From the NCBI GenBank assembly GCA_009914755.4, contig CP068257.2, forward strand, positions 18,016,001-18,080,000: a DNA stretch of 64,000 nt, read 5' to 3'. This DNA is from the human T2T-CHM13v2.0 reference genome, Homo sapiens. Position 1 is the stretch's first letter, and the number at the start of each line of letters is the position of its first letter. The position numbers and the translations under genes are program-made. Shown in pieces: positions 1-12,548 of this stretch. The notes under the pieces were generated by a model. The model was not told where the DNA came from. It saw only the letters and a program-made list of their open reading frames with translations, and did not search any database.

Positions 1-2235
1 AATGCTATTTTCTTGAACTAGAGAAGGTGTCAATAATGATAAAGAAAGTGAATATATTTCTAGAAGGTTCTGGAGATATGTCATAAGACAGCATGTGAAT
101 TGACCATGTTTTCCACATCTTTGACCAAGTATAATATTAAATAATATTTAGTATCTTGACATTTAATTTTACTAAAGATAATTCATGTGTTTGTGTTACA
201 AGGATATTACAAAGGTGGGAAGGAGAGACTACGTTAAAAGAAAAGGTAAAGTGAAGGATATTGAAAAGCAAAAGCAAAGGAAGAAACTCATTCAAAAATA
301 AGTTACAAAATAAGGCAAAATATTAGGTAAACTTAGACATATTTCATAAATCTTTTAAAATGAGAACAAACTTGAGAATACAGGGAAAGTGCTTTTGATG
401 CATCTGTTGCTATTCACCTTCTCTTTCTCATTTAAATATACATTTCAAATAATGAAAACCTTTTGTGAATATACTATGTAGTATACTCATATTAATAAGT
501 GATATATTTAAAAATTAATCCTTCTATATCCAAATAAATATACAACATCTAAACCTACTACCAATTTGTCACATAATGATGAGTAGAGAGCAATAAAATC
601 AATGAAAAGAATTTTGTTGTGAATGATTTTTGTTGTGAATGATAAGCAAACATTGCATTCAATAAATCTGTATTTATAATGTGTTAAAAAATATCTATCA
701 AGCTAAACTAATTCCCTCGTCACCTGAAAAGAGAGAAGACCAAGAAATGACTGATAGGCAACCAACAAGAATACCTGTGAAATGGAGACAAGAATGTTTG
801 AGAACTGACTGACCATCCAGTGGCACCTGAGAAAAGGTAAGAATCAGAATGGCAGATTATCTGGTTGGCAAGAAATGTATAAAAAGGAAGCAAAACAGTA
901 GAAAGTTTATAAGTAGTAGTACATGAATATGAGGTGAGCCCTGGTGGTGACAGAAAGAGGTAATTTTTGAAAAAAAAATTCTTCTGAATGAAAAGCCAGG
1001 TGTAGTTAGAAACCTACATGATGTCATTCTGGATCCTCAGAAATGCCTACATTTCACAATATATTTTCAACAATTTTCTAAAATATTAGAACTCCATCTA
1101 TTACTATTTATATATGAATATGAATACCTCTGGTATAACTATCTTATTGATCCATATTGGTCATTGGTATCTTACATCTATTCATTTTCCATACTATTCC
1201 ATGATAATACACAGAGAGAAGATTTAGAAAGGAGATTTTAAAGGCAAATATTATATAAGTCTTTCTTGGTACAAGTATTTGATAATGTAAAGTACAATTT
1301 ATTTGATAATATAAATGGTTATGTACTAAATCGCCCCCTAAGAAACTTCTTAGAATGACTTTTATAATTTATTTGTCCTAAAATCACATAATAATTTCTT
1401 AATGATTGGAGTTTGACAAATCCAAGTAGAGATTTAGTTTATTTCACTTAATAAGGGAAAAATGTCTTTGAATTAATTTATAATTATGATTGTTGGTAAT
1501 CTTTGTCCCTCTGCATATCTACATGGGATGTATGATAAAATTGTAATAAACAAATGTCATTCAATTAAGAATATTAGAAAAATAATAAAAATATTTTGTT
1601 TAAGATATAAATATAACTATTGGACTGCAACTTTATTAACCAGCATTGCCTTATGTAATCAGCAGTCTTTTACTTTTGCATATACTGAAATACTGTATAA
1701 TATTTTGGCCTTTTTTCAGGATATGTCAATGTTATCTAATCCTGGATCATGTTATGCAAAATTCTAAGATGAATCTGAAGACACCTGCTTTATGGTTTGC
1801 AAACATTGTACAAATTCCTCCTCTTGTATGTGTTGTGGTCTGTGCATAAGATGGATTTTATAACTATAATTAGGCTGCATTATATGACAAAGGTAAAATG
1901 ATCTTGCAGATGCAATTGAGGTTCCAAATCATTTGGTTTTCAGTTAATAAAAAAAGGAATTATTTCAGTGGGCTTGAATTAGTCATGTGTAGACTCTAAA
2001 AAGAAAGAGACATGGAATGTGAGAAAAATTCAATTCCGTTGCTGGTTAAGACAGCAGGTGGCCTCTAGGATTGAAGAGTGGACCCTGGCCAATAGCTGGA
2101 AACAAAACAGGGGCCTGACTTGTAAAAACAGAGGATTGAATTCTGTCAAAAACCACATAAGCCTTAAAACACTATCCCAAGCTCCACAAAGGAAGGCAGC
2201 ACAACCAACAATTTTTTGAGGCCGAATCTCTCTAC

Positions 2236-2345
2236 CTTGCCCAGATTGGTCTTGAACCCCTGGGTGCAAGTGATCTTCTAAGCACAAGTGATTTCCTCTT
2301 CCCCCACTTCAGCCTCCTGAGTAGCTGTAATTACAGACACATCAC
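2236..2345 (-). mobile_element. Alu-derived fragment (partial SINE, ~110 bp)
   Basis: ggtcttgaacccctgggtgcaagtgatc...cagcctcctgagtagctgtaattacagacac matches the reverse complement of the Alu right-arm core; no poly-A and no left arm are present. Confidence 0.45.
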
Positions 2346-3639
2346 CAAACCTAGCTAAAGCCATCATCTTGATTTCAGCTTTGATGTGCTCTTGAGCACA
2401 GGGTCAAGCTAATCTATGCTCAGACACTTGACTAGTGGAAATTATTAGATAGAAAATGGGTGTTATGCCAATTAGTTTGCGACAATTTATTACACAGCAA
2501 AAGAAAACTAATACAATGTCAAAAGTTATTTCTATCTGAATTCCAAATGTTAGAACTAGACTAGAAACCAAAATCATTTAAAATCCAAATTTGTCACATG
2601 TGATTAATAGTCCCATTTTACTGTCTGATATAAATGATGATGTATTTGTTTGTTAAATAAAAGATATGGACATCAGAAAGAATAATATTAACAAAGTTTG
2701 GGGGGCAATGAATTCAATTTTATATCAAGCAAGTTGAAGTAAATCTACTGTTGGGACCTAGATCTTGTGCACTCCTACTCATGCTGGTGACTGCAACATT
2801 CTACGACTTCACAACCTCTAGAGTTACTTCATTTTTTTTTTCTTTTAAGAAGCAACCATATTAAGTGACAGGATTACTTCTTAAAATACTTTATACTTCT
2901 AGACTTATATAATTTTAGATGGTGCACTGGCTGTTCATGTAAGTAAAAATAATTAACAAATTTTGCAAACTTCTAATTTTCTCAAATACAATTAATCCCT
3001 TTAGAAAAACTATTGCTTTGTTTTATCAAGAAAGCATGAGAGTACTAACAAAACATTTATAATAATGCTGAGTCTAATTCTTATAATCATGATTATGATC
3101 ATTTATTGGACTGTTATCACTAGCCAGATACTACGTAGAGTGTTATATGCATATTACTTTCTAAAATTTTCCCCATACAACAAATAATTGAGATTGCATC
3201 TATTCATACTCATTCCATTTTATATGGAAGGAACTGAGACCAGAAGCAGGGGAGATTGAGAGTTATTGTTCACTGGGTATAGAGATTTGGTTATGCAAGA
3301 CAAAAATAACAACATAACCAGTAAGCAATAAATTGAAGAAATAAAATTAACCTTTATCCATAGAGCTAAAACTTTTAACTACTGCACTATTTCAATTTAT
3401 TAGTACAGAATCATAGTGCTTACTTTTCAACCTACTCCAAACCCAAAACTCCTTCATATAGTCAATATTGTAATTGAGTGGAACTGCATTTAATGATGAA
3501 ATGTAAGTTTCTATTTGTTAAAACACATGCTTTTTCTGATGTAATATATTGTGAACATTTTCTCACTAGTCACATTATATTTCTCCACAATACTAAAGAT
3601 GGTAAAGTGTCTTTTCTGGTTTGAGTGCTTTTTTACTTT

Positions 3640-4558
3640 AATTTTTTTTTTGTCTAATTGCTCTAGGTAGGATTTCCAGTACTTTATTGAACATGTGAGT
3701 GAGCATCTTTACCATGTTTCTGATCTTAGAGAAAAAACTTTCACGTTTTCATTGTTGAGTATAATGTTAACTGTGGCTTTTTGTATATGGCCTTTATTAT
3801 ATTGAGATAATTTATTTCTATTCCTTGTGTTTTAGTATTTTTAATTCATGAAAAGATGTTGAATTTTGTCAGATGCTTTTTCTGCATCTATTGAGTTAAT
3901 CCTGTGTTTTAAAAGCTTCCATTCTGTTAATATAATATAGTGTATCCTATTGATTCATTTGTTTATGTTGGATCATCCTTGTCTCACAAAAATAAATGCC
4001 ACTTGGTCATGCCATGAGGTATTTTTACTGTGGTATTGAATTTGGTTTGTTAGTATTTTGTTGAGGATACAAGATTTTATATTTATATCTTGTAATTATA
4101 TCTTTGTCTGGCTTTGGTGTTGGTAATTCTGACCTCATAAAATGAGTTTGGAATTGTTTCTTCCCTTTACATTGTTTATAATAGTTTGAGAAGGAATAGT
4201 GTTAATTCTTATTTAAATATTTGATGGCATTCTTCAGGGAGGCTATCTAGACCATGACTTTTCTTCACTGGGAAGTTTTGGTGACGAATTCAATCTCCTA
4301 GCTAGCTATAGGTCTACTCTAATTTTCTCTTTTTTCATCATTAATTTTTGATAGGTTGTATGTTTTAAAAAATTTGTTCATTTTTTTCTGGGTTATGCAG
4401 TGTATTGGCATATAATTATTTATAATAATTCTCATTTTTATTCCTGTGGCATCAGTGTTAATGTCTCCTCTTTTATTACTGATTTTATTTGCATATTCAA
4501 TTTGAAAAGAATGTACATTCCGTAGTTGTTGGGTAGAATGTTCTGTAAAGCTCATCAC
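3640..4558 (-). mobile_element. LINE-1 fragment, ORF2 reverse-transcriptase region (decayed)
   Basis: Minus-strand translation gives L1 ORF2-like peptides. ORF 4319..4558(-) reads ...TDATGIKMRIIINNYMPIHC...KKMNKFFKTYNLSKINDEK, comparable to L1 ORF2 ...[44 protein letters not shown]. Further left, ...IDAEKA.DKIQH.FM...NKGHIQKATVNIILN matches the RT motifs. Stops and frameshifts are present. Confidence 0.8.
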
Positions 4559-4559
4559 T

Positions 4560-5570
4560 TAGGCACATATTCATCAAGTTATCTCAAGTCAAGACAAAGA
4601 AAAGAATCTTAAGAGCTGTGAGGCAAAAGCATCAGGTAGCCTATAAAGGAAAACCTATCAGATTAACAGCAGATTTCTCAGCAGAAACCCTACAAGCTCG
4701 AAGGGTTTGGGGTTCTATCTTTAGCCCCATTAAACAAAACAATTATCAGCCAAGAATTTTGTATCCAGCAAAACTAAGCTTCATAAATGAAGGAAAAAAT
4801 AACAGCCTTTTATAGACAAACAAATGCTGAGAGTTCATCACTACCAAGCCAGCACTACAAGAACTGCTAAAAGAACCTCTAAAATCTTGAAACATATCAT
4901 CAAAGTACACCAAAATAGAATCTCCTTAAAGCATAAATCTCATAGGACCCATAAAACAACAATACAATGAAACAAACAAACAAACAACAACAAGGTATTT
5001 AGGCAACAAATAGCATGATGAATAGAATAGCACCTCAAGTCTCAATACTGATATTGAATGTAAATGGCCTAAATGTTCCACTTAACAGATACAGAATGGC
5101 ACAATGGATAAGAATTCACCAATCAAAAAATCTGCTGTCTTCAAGAGGCTCATCTGGCATATAAGGACTCACATAAACTTAAGGTAAAGAAGTGGAAAAA
5201 GACATTGCATGCAAATGGATCCAAAAGCAAGCAGGAGTAGCTATTCTTATATCAGACCAAACAAACTTTAAAACAACAGTGGTTAGAAAAGACAAAGAGG
5301 GATATTATATAATGATAAAAGGACTAGTCCAACAGGAAAATATCATAACCCTAAATATATATGCACCTAACACCAGAGCTCTCAAATTTATAAAATGATT
5401 ACTACTAGACCTAAAAAATGAGATAGACAGCAACACAATAATAGTGGGGGACTTCAATACTCCACTGACAGCACTGGAGAGGTCATAAAGAAAGAAAGAC
5501 TACAAAGAAACAATGGACTTAAGCTATACCCTAGAACAAATGAACTTAAAAGATATTTACATTTGTTTCT
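4560..5570 (+). mobile_element. LINE-1 fragment, plus strand: ORF1 C-terminus, inter-ORF spacer, ORF2 endonuclease N-terminus
   Basis: ORF 4618..4815 (KGKPIRLTADFSAETLQARRVWGSIF...PRILYPAKLSFINEGK) matches the L1 ORF1 C-terminus. ORF 5192..5398 (KQAGVAILISDQTNFKTTVVRKDKEGYYIMIKG...LNIYAPNTRALKFIK) matches the L1 ORF2 EN domain. ...IVGDFNTPLTALER continues it. Orientation is opposite to both flanking L1 blocks. Confidence 0.85.
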
Positions 5571-5579
5571 TTTTTAAAT

Positions 5580-6667
5580 AAAGGTACTTACTGGTATAAA
5601 CTTTCATCTTAGTAGTGTTTTTGCTGCCTCCATAATTTTTGGTATATTGTAGTCTGTTTGATTATTTGTTTGTCACAAGACACTTTTGGTTTTCTTTTTG
5701 TTTTTGAACCTCTATGACAAAATTAAAAGCGATTTTTATAATGCTGATAGAGTATTACAGTATTCTAGACCTGTTGATATATTTACCTTTACCAGTAAGC
5801 TCTATTTTTCTTTTGCTTTCATGTTGCTGTCTACATTCCTTTTGTTTTAAACTGAAGTATTTCATTTAGAATTTTTTCTAAGGTAGATCTAGTGATGATA
5901 AAAATACTTCTGCTGTTTGGAAAAGTCTTTAATTCTTTCATTTTTGAAGGATACTTTTGCTGGATAAAGTATTCTTGACTGGCAGTGTTTTTTTTTTTTT
6001 CATTTGTTTGTTTTCATCACTTTGAATATGTCATTGTTCTGTTTTCTGGCCTGCAGAGTTTTCGCTGAGAAAACTGCTGATGGTATTATGGGGTATTTTT
6101 GTACATGATGATGTACATTTTCCTTGTTGCTTTCAACATTTTCATTTTCTTTGACTTTTGGCAATTTGATTATGTGTCTTAGTATAAACATTTTAGATTC
6201 ATTGTATTTGGAGTTTATTGTTTTACTTGAATCTGGGCATCTGTTTTCTTCCCCAGATCCAGAATTTTCCATTTATTTTCTTCAAGAAAGTTTTTTTTTC
6301 ACCATTCTCTCATTCTTCTGAGTCTCCCAGAATGTGTATATTAGTTTGCTTGATAGTGTACCAAAATCATCAGATGCTTTCCTTTGTCATCCTTACTTTT
6401 GTTTTCTTTTTCTTTTCTGGTTAAATTATTTCCAGTGATCTGACTTCAAATTTGCTAACCCTTTCTTCTGCCTGACCTTGTTTGTTGTGAAATTCCTCTA
6501 GTGAATTTTTCAGTTCAGTTAGTATATTCTTCAACTCTAGCAGTTATATTTGGTTCTTTTTATATTTTCTCTTTATTGACATTTTCAATTTGTACACATC
6601 ATTTTTATGACCTGGTTGAGTATCATTATGATGCCTATTTTTAATTATTTGCAAGTTAATACATGTA
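5580..6667 (-). mobile_element. LINE-1 fragment, minus strand: ORF1 (coiled-coil to C-terminus) and inter-ORF region
   Basis: ORF 6000..6272(-) (...PRHIIKLPKVKENENV...FSAKTLQARKQNNDIFKVMKTNK) matches the L1 ORF1 C-terminal RNA-binding region. The reverse complement of 5700-5990 gives ...ELTGKGKYINRSRIL..., similar to the old-L1 inter-ORF peptide KLTGKGKYTVKVVDQPLIK. The reverse complement of 6420-6660 gives ORF1 coiled-coil-like text. Confidence 0.7.
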
Positions 6668-6669
6668 TA

Positions 6670-8121
6670 AAGTTGAGTATCCCTTATCCCAAAATTTGAA
6701 ATCTGAAATGCTCCCAAATCTGAAATTTCTGAGGGCTGGCATGATACCACCAGTGGAAAATTCCACACCTAAAATCACATAATGGTTTGCAGATGCACAA
6801 TACAGAGTTTATTCAGTGTCCTCAAGAAAAAACAAACAAACAAAAATAAAAAATACCTCTCCAACCCCCTTAAGCTTCAGTATATCTTTTCCACAAATGC
6901 CCAGATTTCCACAAGCAAGAATAAGAAAAAGGTAATAAAATGTCATATGTGCAGGCTTCACATGCCAGTGGTGGGTTTCCCACAATGCCCTACCTGGGAC
7001 CAAGACGTATGTGCTTTATTTACTCTGTTTTTTTTTTTTTTTTTTTGAAGAATTTCCTATGCCAAGTGAAAAAAAAATGTCTAATCTCTTTACATATGTA
7101 AAAATATACGTTCAGAGTCTGTCAGTAAGCTAGAAGAAGTAGGTATTGAAGAAATTTTCAAATTCTATTCTTTATTCATTAACTGATAGCAAAATAGCCA
7201 AACTTGTTCTGAATCAAGGTGATCATGATAATAGTAATAATTCAAATGACATTGCTTGGGTAGCAGAAAGCAATGTCTACAGATAACATAGTGAAAACGT
7301 GATGGGCTTGTTGAAAGACTACAGCAGTGTGCATTCATAACAGAATAAGAAATTATGTCAGTTTGTAAAATCAAAGAAAGAATTTTAAGACAAAAATTTC
7401 TTAATGATTCAAATGACTTTTCAGTAAACATTTTTAAAAGCCGTCTTGCAGAATGCCTCCTTATCCCCCAGGGATTCACTTCCTGGTCTTTCAAAAGCTT
7501 CTGAACTTTCTTTTCACCTAAAAAAAGACGCAATGTATAGTAACCTTTTCATAGAGACAAAACATCATAGCTGAACACTAACATCCTGCCATTGTAGTTT
7601 GTGTTGTTTAAAAGCTAGTATATGTACTCTGATAATGCTGCTGTATTACTTAGTTACCTCGAATAACTTATTTTAATTGTATTAATGGTATTTTTATGTT
7701 AACTACTTGTATTTATTTGTACATTCTTGTACATATTTTTGTCATTAAGTACTTCTGTGCAAATGAGGGTAAGAAAATGACTGCTTATCATTTATATCTG
7801 AATTCAGAATCAAGAATCATGGTGATACCACACGAATCCAGATTATCTACATGCGTGGCTGAGATAAAGAAACTTTTGCTTTTTCATGGTTCAATGTACA
7901 CAAACACAAACCTTTTTATGCACCAAATTATTTAAAATATTGTATAAAGTTATTTGCAGGCTATGTGCATAAGGTGTATCTAAAACATAAATACATGTTG
8001 TGTTTAGATTTGGGTCCCATCCCTAAGACATCTCATTAATTATATTCAAATATTTCAAAATTTTAAGAAAATTCAAAGCACTTCCGGTCTCAAGCCTTTA
8101 ACATAAGGAATACTCAAACTG
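6670..8121 (-). mobile_element. Tigger2/MER2-like pogo-family DNA transposon, internally deleted (~1.45 kb), with terminal inverted repeats and TA target-site duplication
   Basis: Left end at 6670 reads aagttgagtatcccttatccc. The right end on the minus strand is cagtttgagtattccttatgttaaaggcttgagaccggaagtg...gagatgtcttagggatgggacccaaatctaaacac. Both match the Tigger2-type terminus CAGTTGAGTATCCCTTATCC...TTGGGACCAGAAGTG as I recall it. The ends are inverted relative to each other. TA sits at 6668-6669 and 8122-8123. The element lies inside L1 ORF1. Confidence 0.6.
7028..7046. repeat. poly(T) homopolymer, ~19 nt
   Basis: Directly visible T run. Confidence 0.95.
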
Positions 8122-8122
8122 T

Positions 8123-9318
8123 AGATCTCTTTCTTCAGTGTTTGTTTTTGGAGATGTATTTTGTTTCTTTTTGTCATGTTTCCCTGTTTCTTTGTTCCTT
8201 GTAACTTTGTGTTGGCATTCACACATTTGAAAAACAGCTAAGTCTCTCAATCTATATAGACGAGCTTTGTACAGACTAAAGACATTTATCAATCAGCCCA
8301 GCTAGAGAGTCTGGGGGGCACTCAAGTTTCTGTGATACATCTTCTCTAGTTGTATGTGCAAATTCCCAGTTATAGGGGTCTGCCATTTTAGTTTTCAGGT
8401 GCTCATAATCTTTTGTGCCCACTGGTGTTTGTCTGTGGTGCACCAGACATTCTGGAGTTCTCACAGGTCATTTGCTCTCTTTTGTTCTCATAGGCCCCCA
8501 GGCTTCTAGAATACATTGAGTCCTATCAGTACTTTGAGTCCAGAAAGATAGAAGTTTGTACTTTGTGCAGCCCCCTGGACATCTTGGACATTGGACACAT
8601 GCTTTACTCTTCCCCCCTTTTAAGGAAGAGATTACTAAACTGTATTGTCTTCTGCCTACTGTGCTGTGGGTCTTCTGGAGCAGCAGCAAGACACTAACCT
8701 GTTTGCTCTCAGCATTTTCCAGGCATTTAGAATACGCCAGGTCTTGTCAGTGTTCTGACACAGGTGAGATGAAACCAGTCTCTTGGAGACCTCAAAAAGC
8801 CAGAATATCCAACCCTTTTCTTCCTTAATGAAAACTCAAGAGTTTTCTCCTCTTTTTTTTTCTACACTGAGCTAAGGGGACAGACTACGGTGAGAGGATG
8901 CATGCAGTGAAAAAAAAAAAAAAAGCCTTTGTCCTCAGTGTCTCTCAGTCTGTTGCCTTTCACTATCAGCTCTTTGAATGTGGTAAGATAAAAGCCAGTC
9001 CCTTGATCAGTCTTTCTGAATCGTCAGAATGTTGGAGATATGCTGCAGTCTTCTCTTTCTTTCTTTAGGGAGAAGCCAGGAGTAGAAGTCTCCTATGATC
9101 ACATGGGGCTGAACAAGAGACAGAACAAAGATAATTCAGTACCACAAATTTTCCTGCTACCTTTGATGCTGCTGGTTTTGAATCACCTGGGGTGCGGGAG
9201 ACTTTTAACCTTTAACTGTATTTCTCACAAAAGAAATTGATTCATGCATTGTTGTTGAGTCTTTGTCTCCATGGGGGAAAGGAGAGACTCTATCCTTCTA
9301 TTCTGCCATCTTGCTGAC
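8123..9318 (-). mobile_element. LINE-1 5'UTR and start of ORF1 (old L1PB/L1MA-type), minus strand
   Basis: The reverse complement of 9290-9318 is gatgtcagcaagatggcagaatagaaggatagag. This is the characteristic 5' terminus of older primate L1 5'UTRs (...agcaagatggcggaatag...). Short minus-strand ORFs at 8098..8464 are compatible with the ORF1 N-terminus. This block is continuous with the ORF1 block at 5580..6667 across the Tigger2-like insertion. Confidence 0.6.
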
Positions 9319-10039
9319 ATCAACGATCTGAAATTATTTTTGACTATACAGTGAAGAGATAGCTAATGAGAGTGTTTGGAAATATACATTAAGGGAGTAT
9401 GTTTCACATAAATATAACAAAATTATTAATGGAGTTACAAATTGAGCTGTCATTTTCATTTACAACTAATCTAATATTTATTTCATTTAAACATACAACT
9501 ATAAAGTGATGAATAATATCTTATTACTTTATTGTGATCCAAGTTTGAAATAATGGACCACAGAGCTTAGAGACTGAATATACAAATAAGCAATGACCAG
9601 ACTGCATATCACAATAAGCGCAAGAATGCAAACCACAACCTCTGCATCAACTGGCCCAGAATTGTCAGGACTTGGTCGTGACAGCGTATGACTGCTTACC
9701 TATTTTTCTCCCTGCTTCCAACTCATGACCAACCAAGTAAAATCAAATGTACTCCCAAAACCAACCACAGAATATGTCCTGCTGTTAGTTAGCTGAGTTT
9801 GAGCATCCTCATGACCTCTAATCAGAGTGTACCTGAAACCTTCTATTTGTTCACTATATAGCATTCTCACTCCCCTGCCTGCATTTGAATCTCTGTCACA
9901 CTCAAGCTTGCTGTAGGAAACTCTGAATAGGTTATGTTTGTTTATATTTGGGTAGTCTTCATATAGCATATTAGTAAAATTATTCTCAAGTATATAGTAA
10001 TCACACAGGCAGCTATCAGGACTAAATGGTAAATAGACA

Positions 10040-10848
10040 AGACACTTGAACAGATATTTTTCCTCAAAGATGTATAAATGACTGATAAACCCTTGAAGAT
10101 GCTCTAAATCACTAAACTTTAGAGAAATGCAAATCAAAGCCATGATGAAATATGACATCACAACTCTTAGGATGGATAACATTAAAAAAAAGACAGAAAA
10201 TAGCAAGTTTTGATAAGGATGTGAACAAATTGAAAACCTATGCATTAATAAGTGGCAGAACCATGGTGGAATACACTTTTTTAGCATTTCCTAAAAAATA
10301 AACACTTGTTATCATAATATCCATAAATTCCACTTATGTAATAAAAGACAAGAATTCAAACACACATTTGCACACTCATGTTCATAGCAACATTATTTTC
10401 AATAGCTAAAATGTAAAAGCTACCCAAGTGTCATAGATGGATGAATAAATCAACAAAATGTTGTCTATACATACAATGGAATATTATTTACCCCTAAAAG
10501 GAAGAAATACTCACAAAGGATCATTCATGCTACTACCTGTATGATCCTTGAAGATACTATGCTAAATAAAATAAGCCAGTCACAGAAGGGTGATTGTTGC
10601 AATTTTTTACTAATATGAAGTACCTAGAGTAGTCACATTCATCAAGGCAGAAATTAGAATGGTTGTTGCCTAAGGCTGGAGAGAACAAAGAGGGTTATTG
10701 TTTAAAGGGTACGAAGTTATTATTGGGAAAGATGAAAAAGTTCTAGAAATGGATGATGGTGATGGTTGCACATACATTTGAATTTACTGAATATCCCTGA
10801 ACCATACACATACAAATGATTAAAATAAAAAATTCAAAGAAAGTTTTA
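10040..10848 (+). mobile_element. LINE-1 3' end (L1M/L1MB-like; ORF2 C-terminus plus 3'UTR), 5'-truncated
   Basis: Plus-strand translation gives ...REMQIKAMMKYDITTLRMDNIKKKTENSKF*...NRGTMVEYTFLAFPKK. This compares with L1 ORF2 ...[23 protein letters not shown]..., IYPREMKTYVHTKTCT and ...WNIIYP. An A-rich end lies near 10840. Confidence 0.8.
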
Positions 10849-12548
10849 AATGTTTCTGGAGCTTAACAAAGAATGCCATCCATAGATGAACATTTACAGT
10901 TTAGATGTGACTATTCAAATTATGAGAAAGTCACTATTCACCAGAGTGTACAGGGAAGAGAAGGGTCTCAAGAACTATGCTTTGGGGAAACAAAATATCT
11001 TGACCCAATTCCCACTTCTGAACATACCTCCGCCACTCCCACGAAGGCACTTTAATTTCTTACTGAATTTGTTGTGTTAAACACTTGTTTTGTATCAGTC
11101 ATAAATATAAGAATAATCTAACGCCTTACTTTATCATATTACTTTAAAAACTGCTATGATTTGTTGATATTACACATTCAGGGAGAGAGGACCGGGGTCA
11201 TGCAGTCTGTATAAAGTGCAATATTAAAGCCTTCTGTAGTTTTTAATGTCTCAGAGTCCAAACTCTCTTTGTTTCACTCTTCCCAGACACTAAATCTGGT
11301 CTTTGGCCAGGGTTATTTTCTAACTGAGCAGTAAGAAAATACTAATCATAAAAATAATTTTTGCCAGATTTTATGTAATTTGCCTGTGTTCAATACCAGT
11401 CAGCACTTCCGCATTTAGAATGCTTTGTATTTCTCTGGGGCTATGACAACAAATTTAGGTTGCTTTCAGTCTTCTACCATTGTTACATATGCCAGGATTT
11501 AGCTTTCAGTTACTATTATTTGTTAATTCCATTAAGTCAGCTGGAAACCAACTTCTATATTGTATTTTTTTTTCTATTTTAAAGATATTTGAATTCTCTT
11601 CTTTTTTTCTGATATAGTATACCTTGAGGACTTATGCTTTTGTTTTTAACACCACTGCTATCGATTACTATGGGTACAAGAGGGAAAATAAGTAAAATTG
11701 TGTCTAATCCACTATGCTTCCCTGCTAAAGCGACCCACTATTAATCAATTATCTCTCTTGTTTCTGTTTTATTTCTTGCTTGTCTCTTTTATACTGAATT
11801 GTTTTCATTTTTCTTAATTTTCTCCTTAAACCCTGGTTTTCACTGTTCTCTCTGCTCCTTCCATAATCCCCTTAATTTATATCCACATTCCAGATGGCCT
11901 TATATGCTACATGTTCCTGGGAAACGTTCATCTCCCCAAGTGCCTACAATATAATATCTCCTCCATAAAGAATGTTAAGTAATTAAATTACAAAGAGAAG
12001 ATCATAAAGAGTAATCCTGTGTTGTAGAAATAAATGGTGTACATATTTGTGTGTGTTCTTATTATTTTTTGTGAGGATATGAAGTAAAGTCTCCCTATGA
12101 ATGTAAAAAGTTAATACAAAAGGAAAACTGAGTAAAAACTTAAATTTGCTTATGTATTTCTCTATTATCCCACAGACAAAGTAAAAGTGACATTTTCCTA
12201 CAAATTTCTTATATTTGAAAATAAAATTTCTAGAGATTATGTGGGGAAAATTAAACTTTAATTCCACAATAATAAAAAAATGTTAAAAGCTAGTAGGTTT
12301 ATTAGAGAAACGTAAGTGATTACTTGTTCACTTCTGTGAAATGAGTTACTTAAGATGCCATATGCCATAGCCATATGTGTGAAAGGAATATAATATGAAG
12401 TATGTAGAACTGTTTAAGAAAACATTTGGGAGTTCTTTTGGCTATAAAAAGCTCAGATTATGTGGATTAATTTGTTGACATCATAAATTGCAAAGAAAAT
12501 TAAAAACAAGGTGATATGTATATGACTATGTATTTATATATACATACA

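Noticed and set aside
9560-9990. Possible old LTR or other repeat between the L1 5' end and the next L1 fragment
   Set aside because: The sequence looks repeat-like (…cagcgtatgactgcttacc…tctaatcagagtgtacctgaaacc…), but I could not match it to a consensus from memory.
9700-10287. Longest ORF in the track (195 aa, minus strand)
   Set aside because: The predicted peptide is low-complexity and hydrophobic (…FCHLLMHRFSICSHPYQNLLFSVFFLMLSIL…). Its 3' part overlaps the reverse strand of an L1 ORF2/3'UTR fragment (10040-10848). There is no homology to any protein family I know, and no splice or promoter context. It is a chance ORF in AT-rich or repeat DNA.
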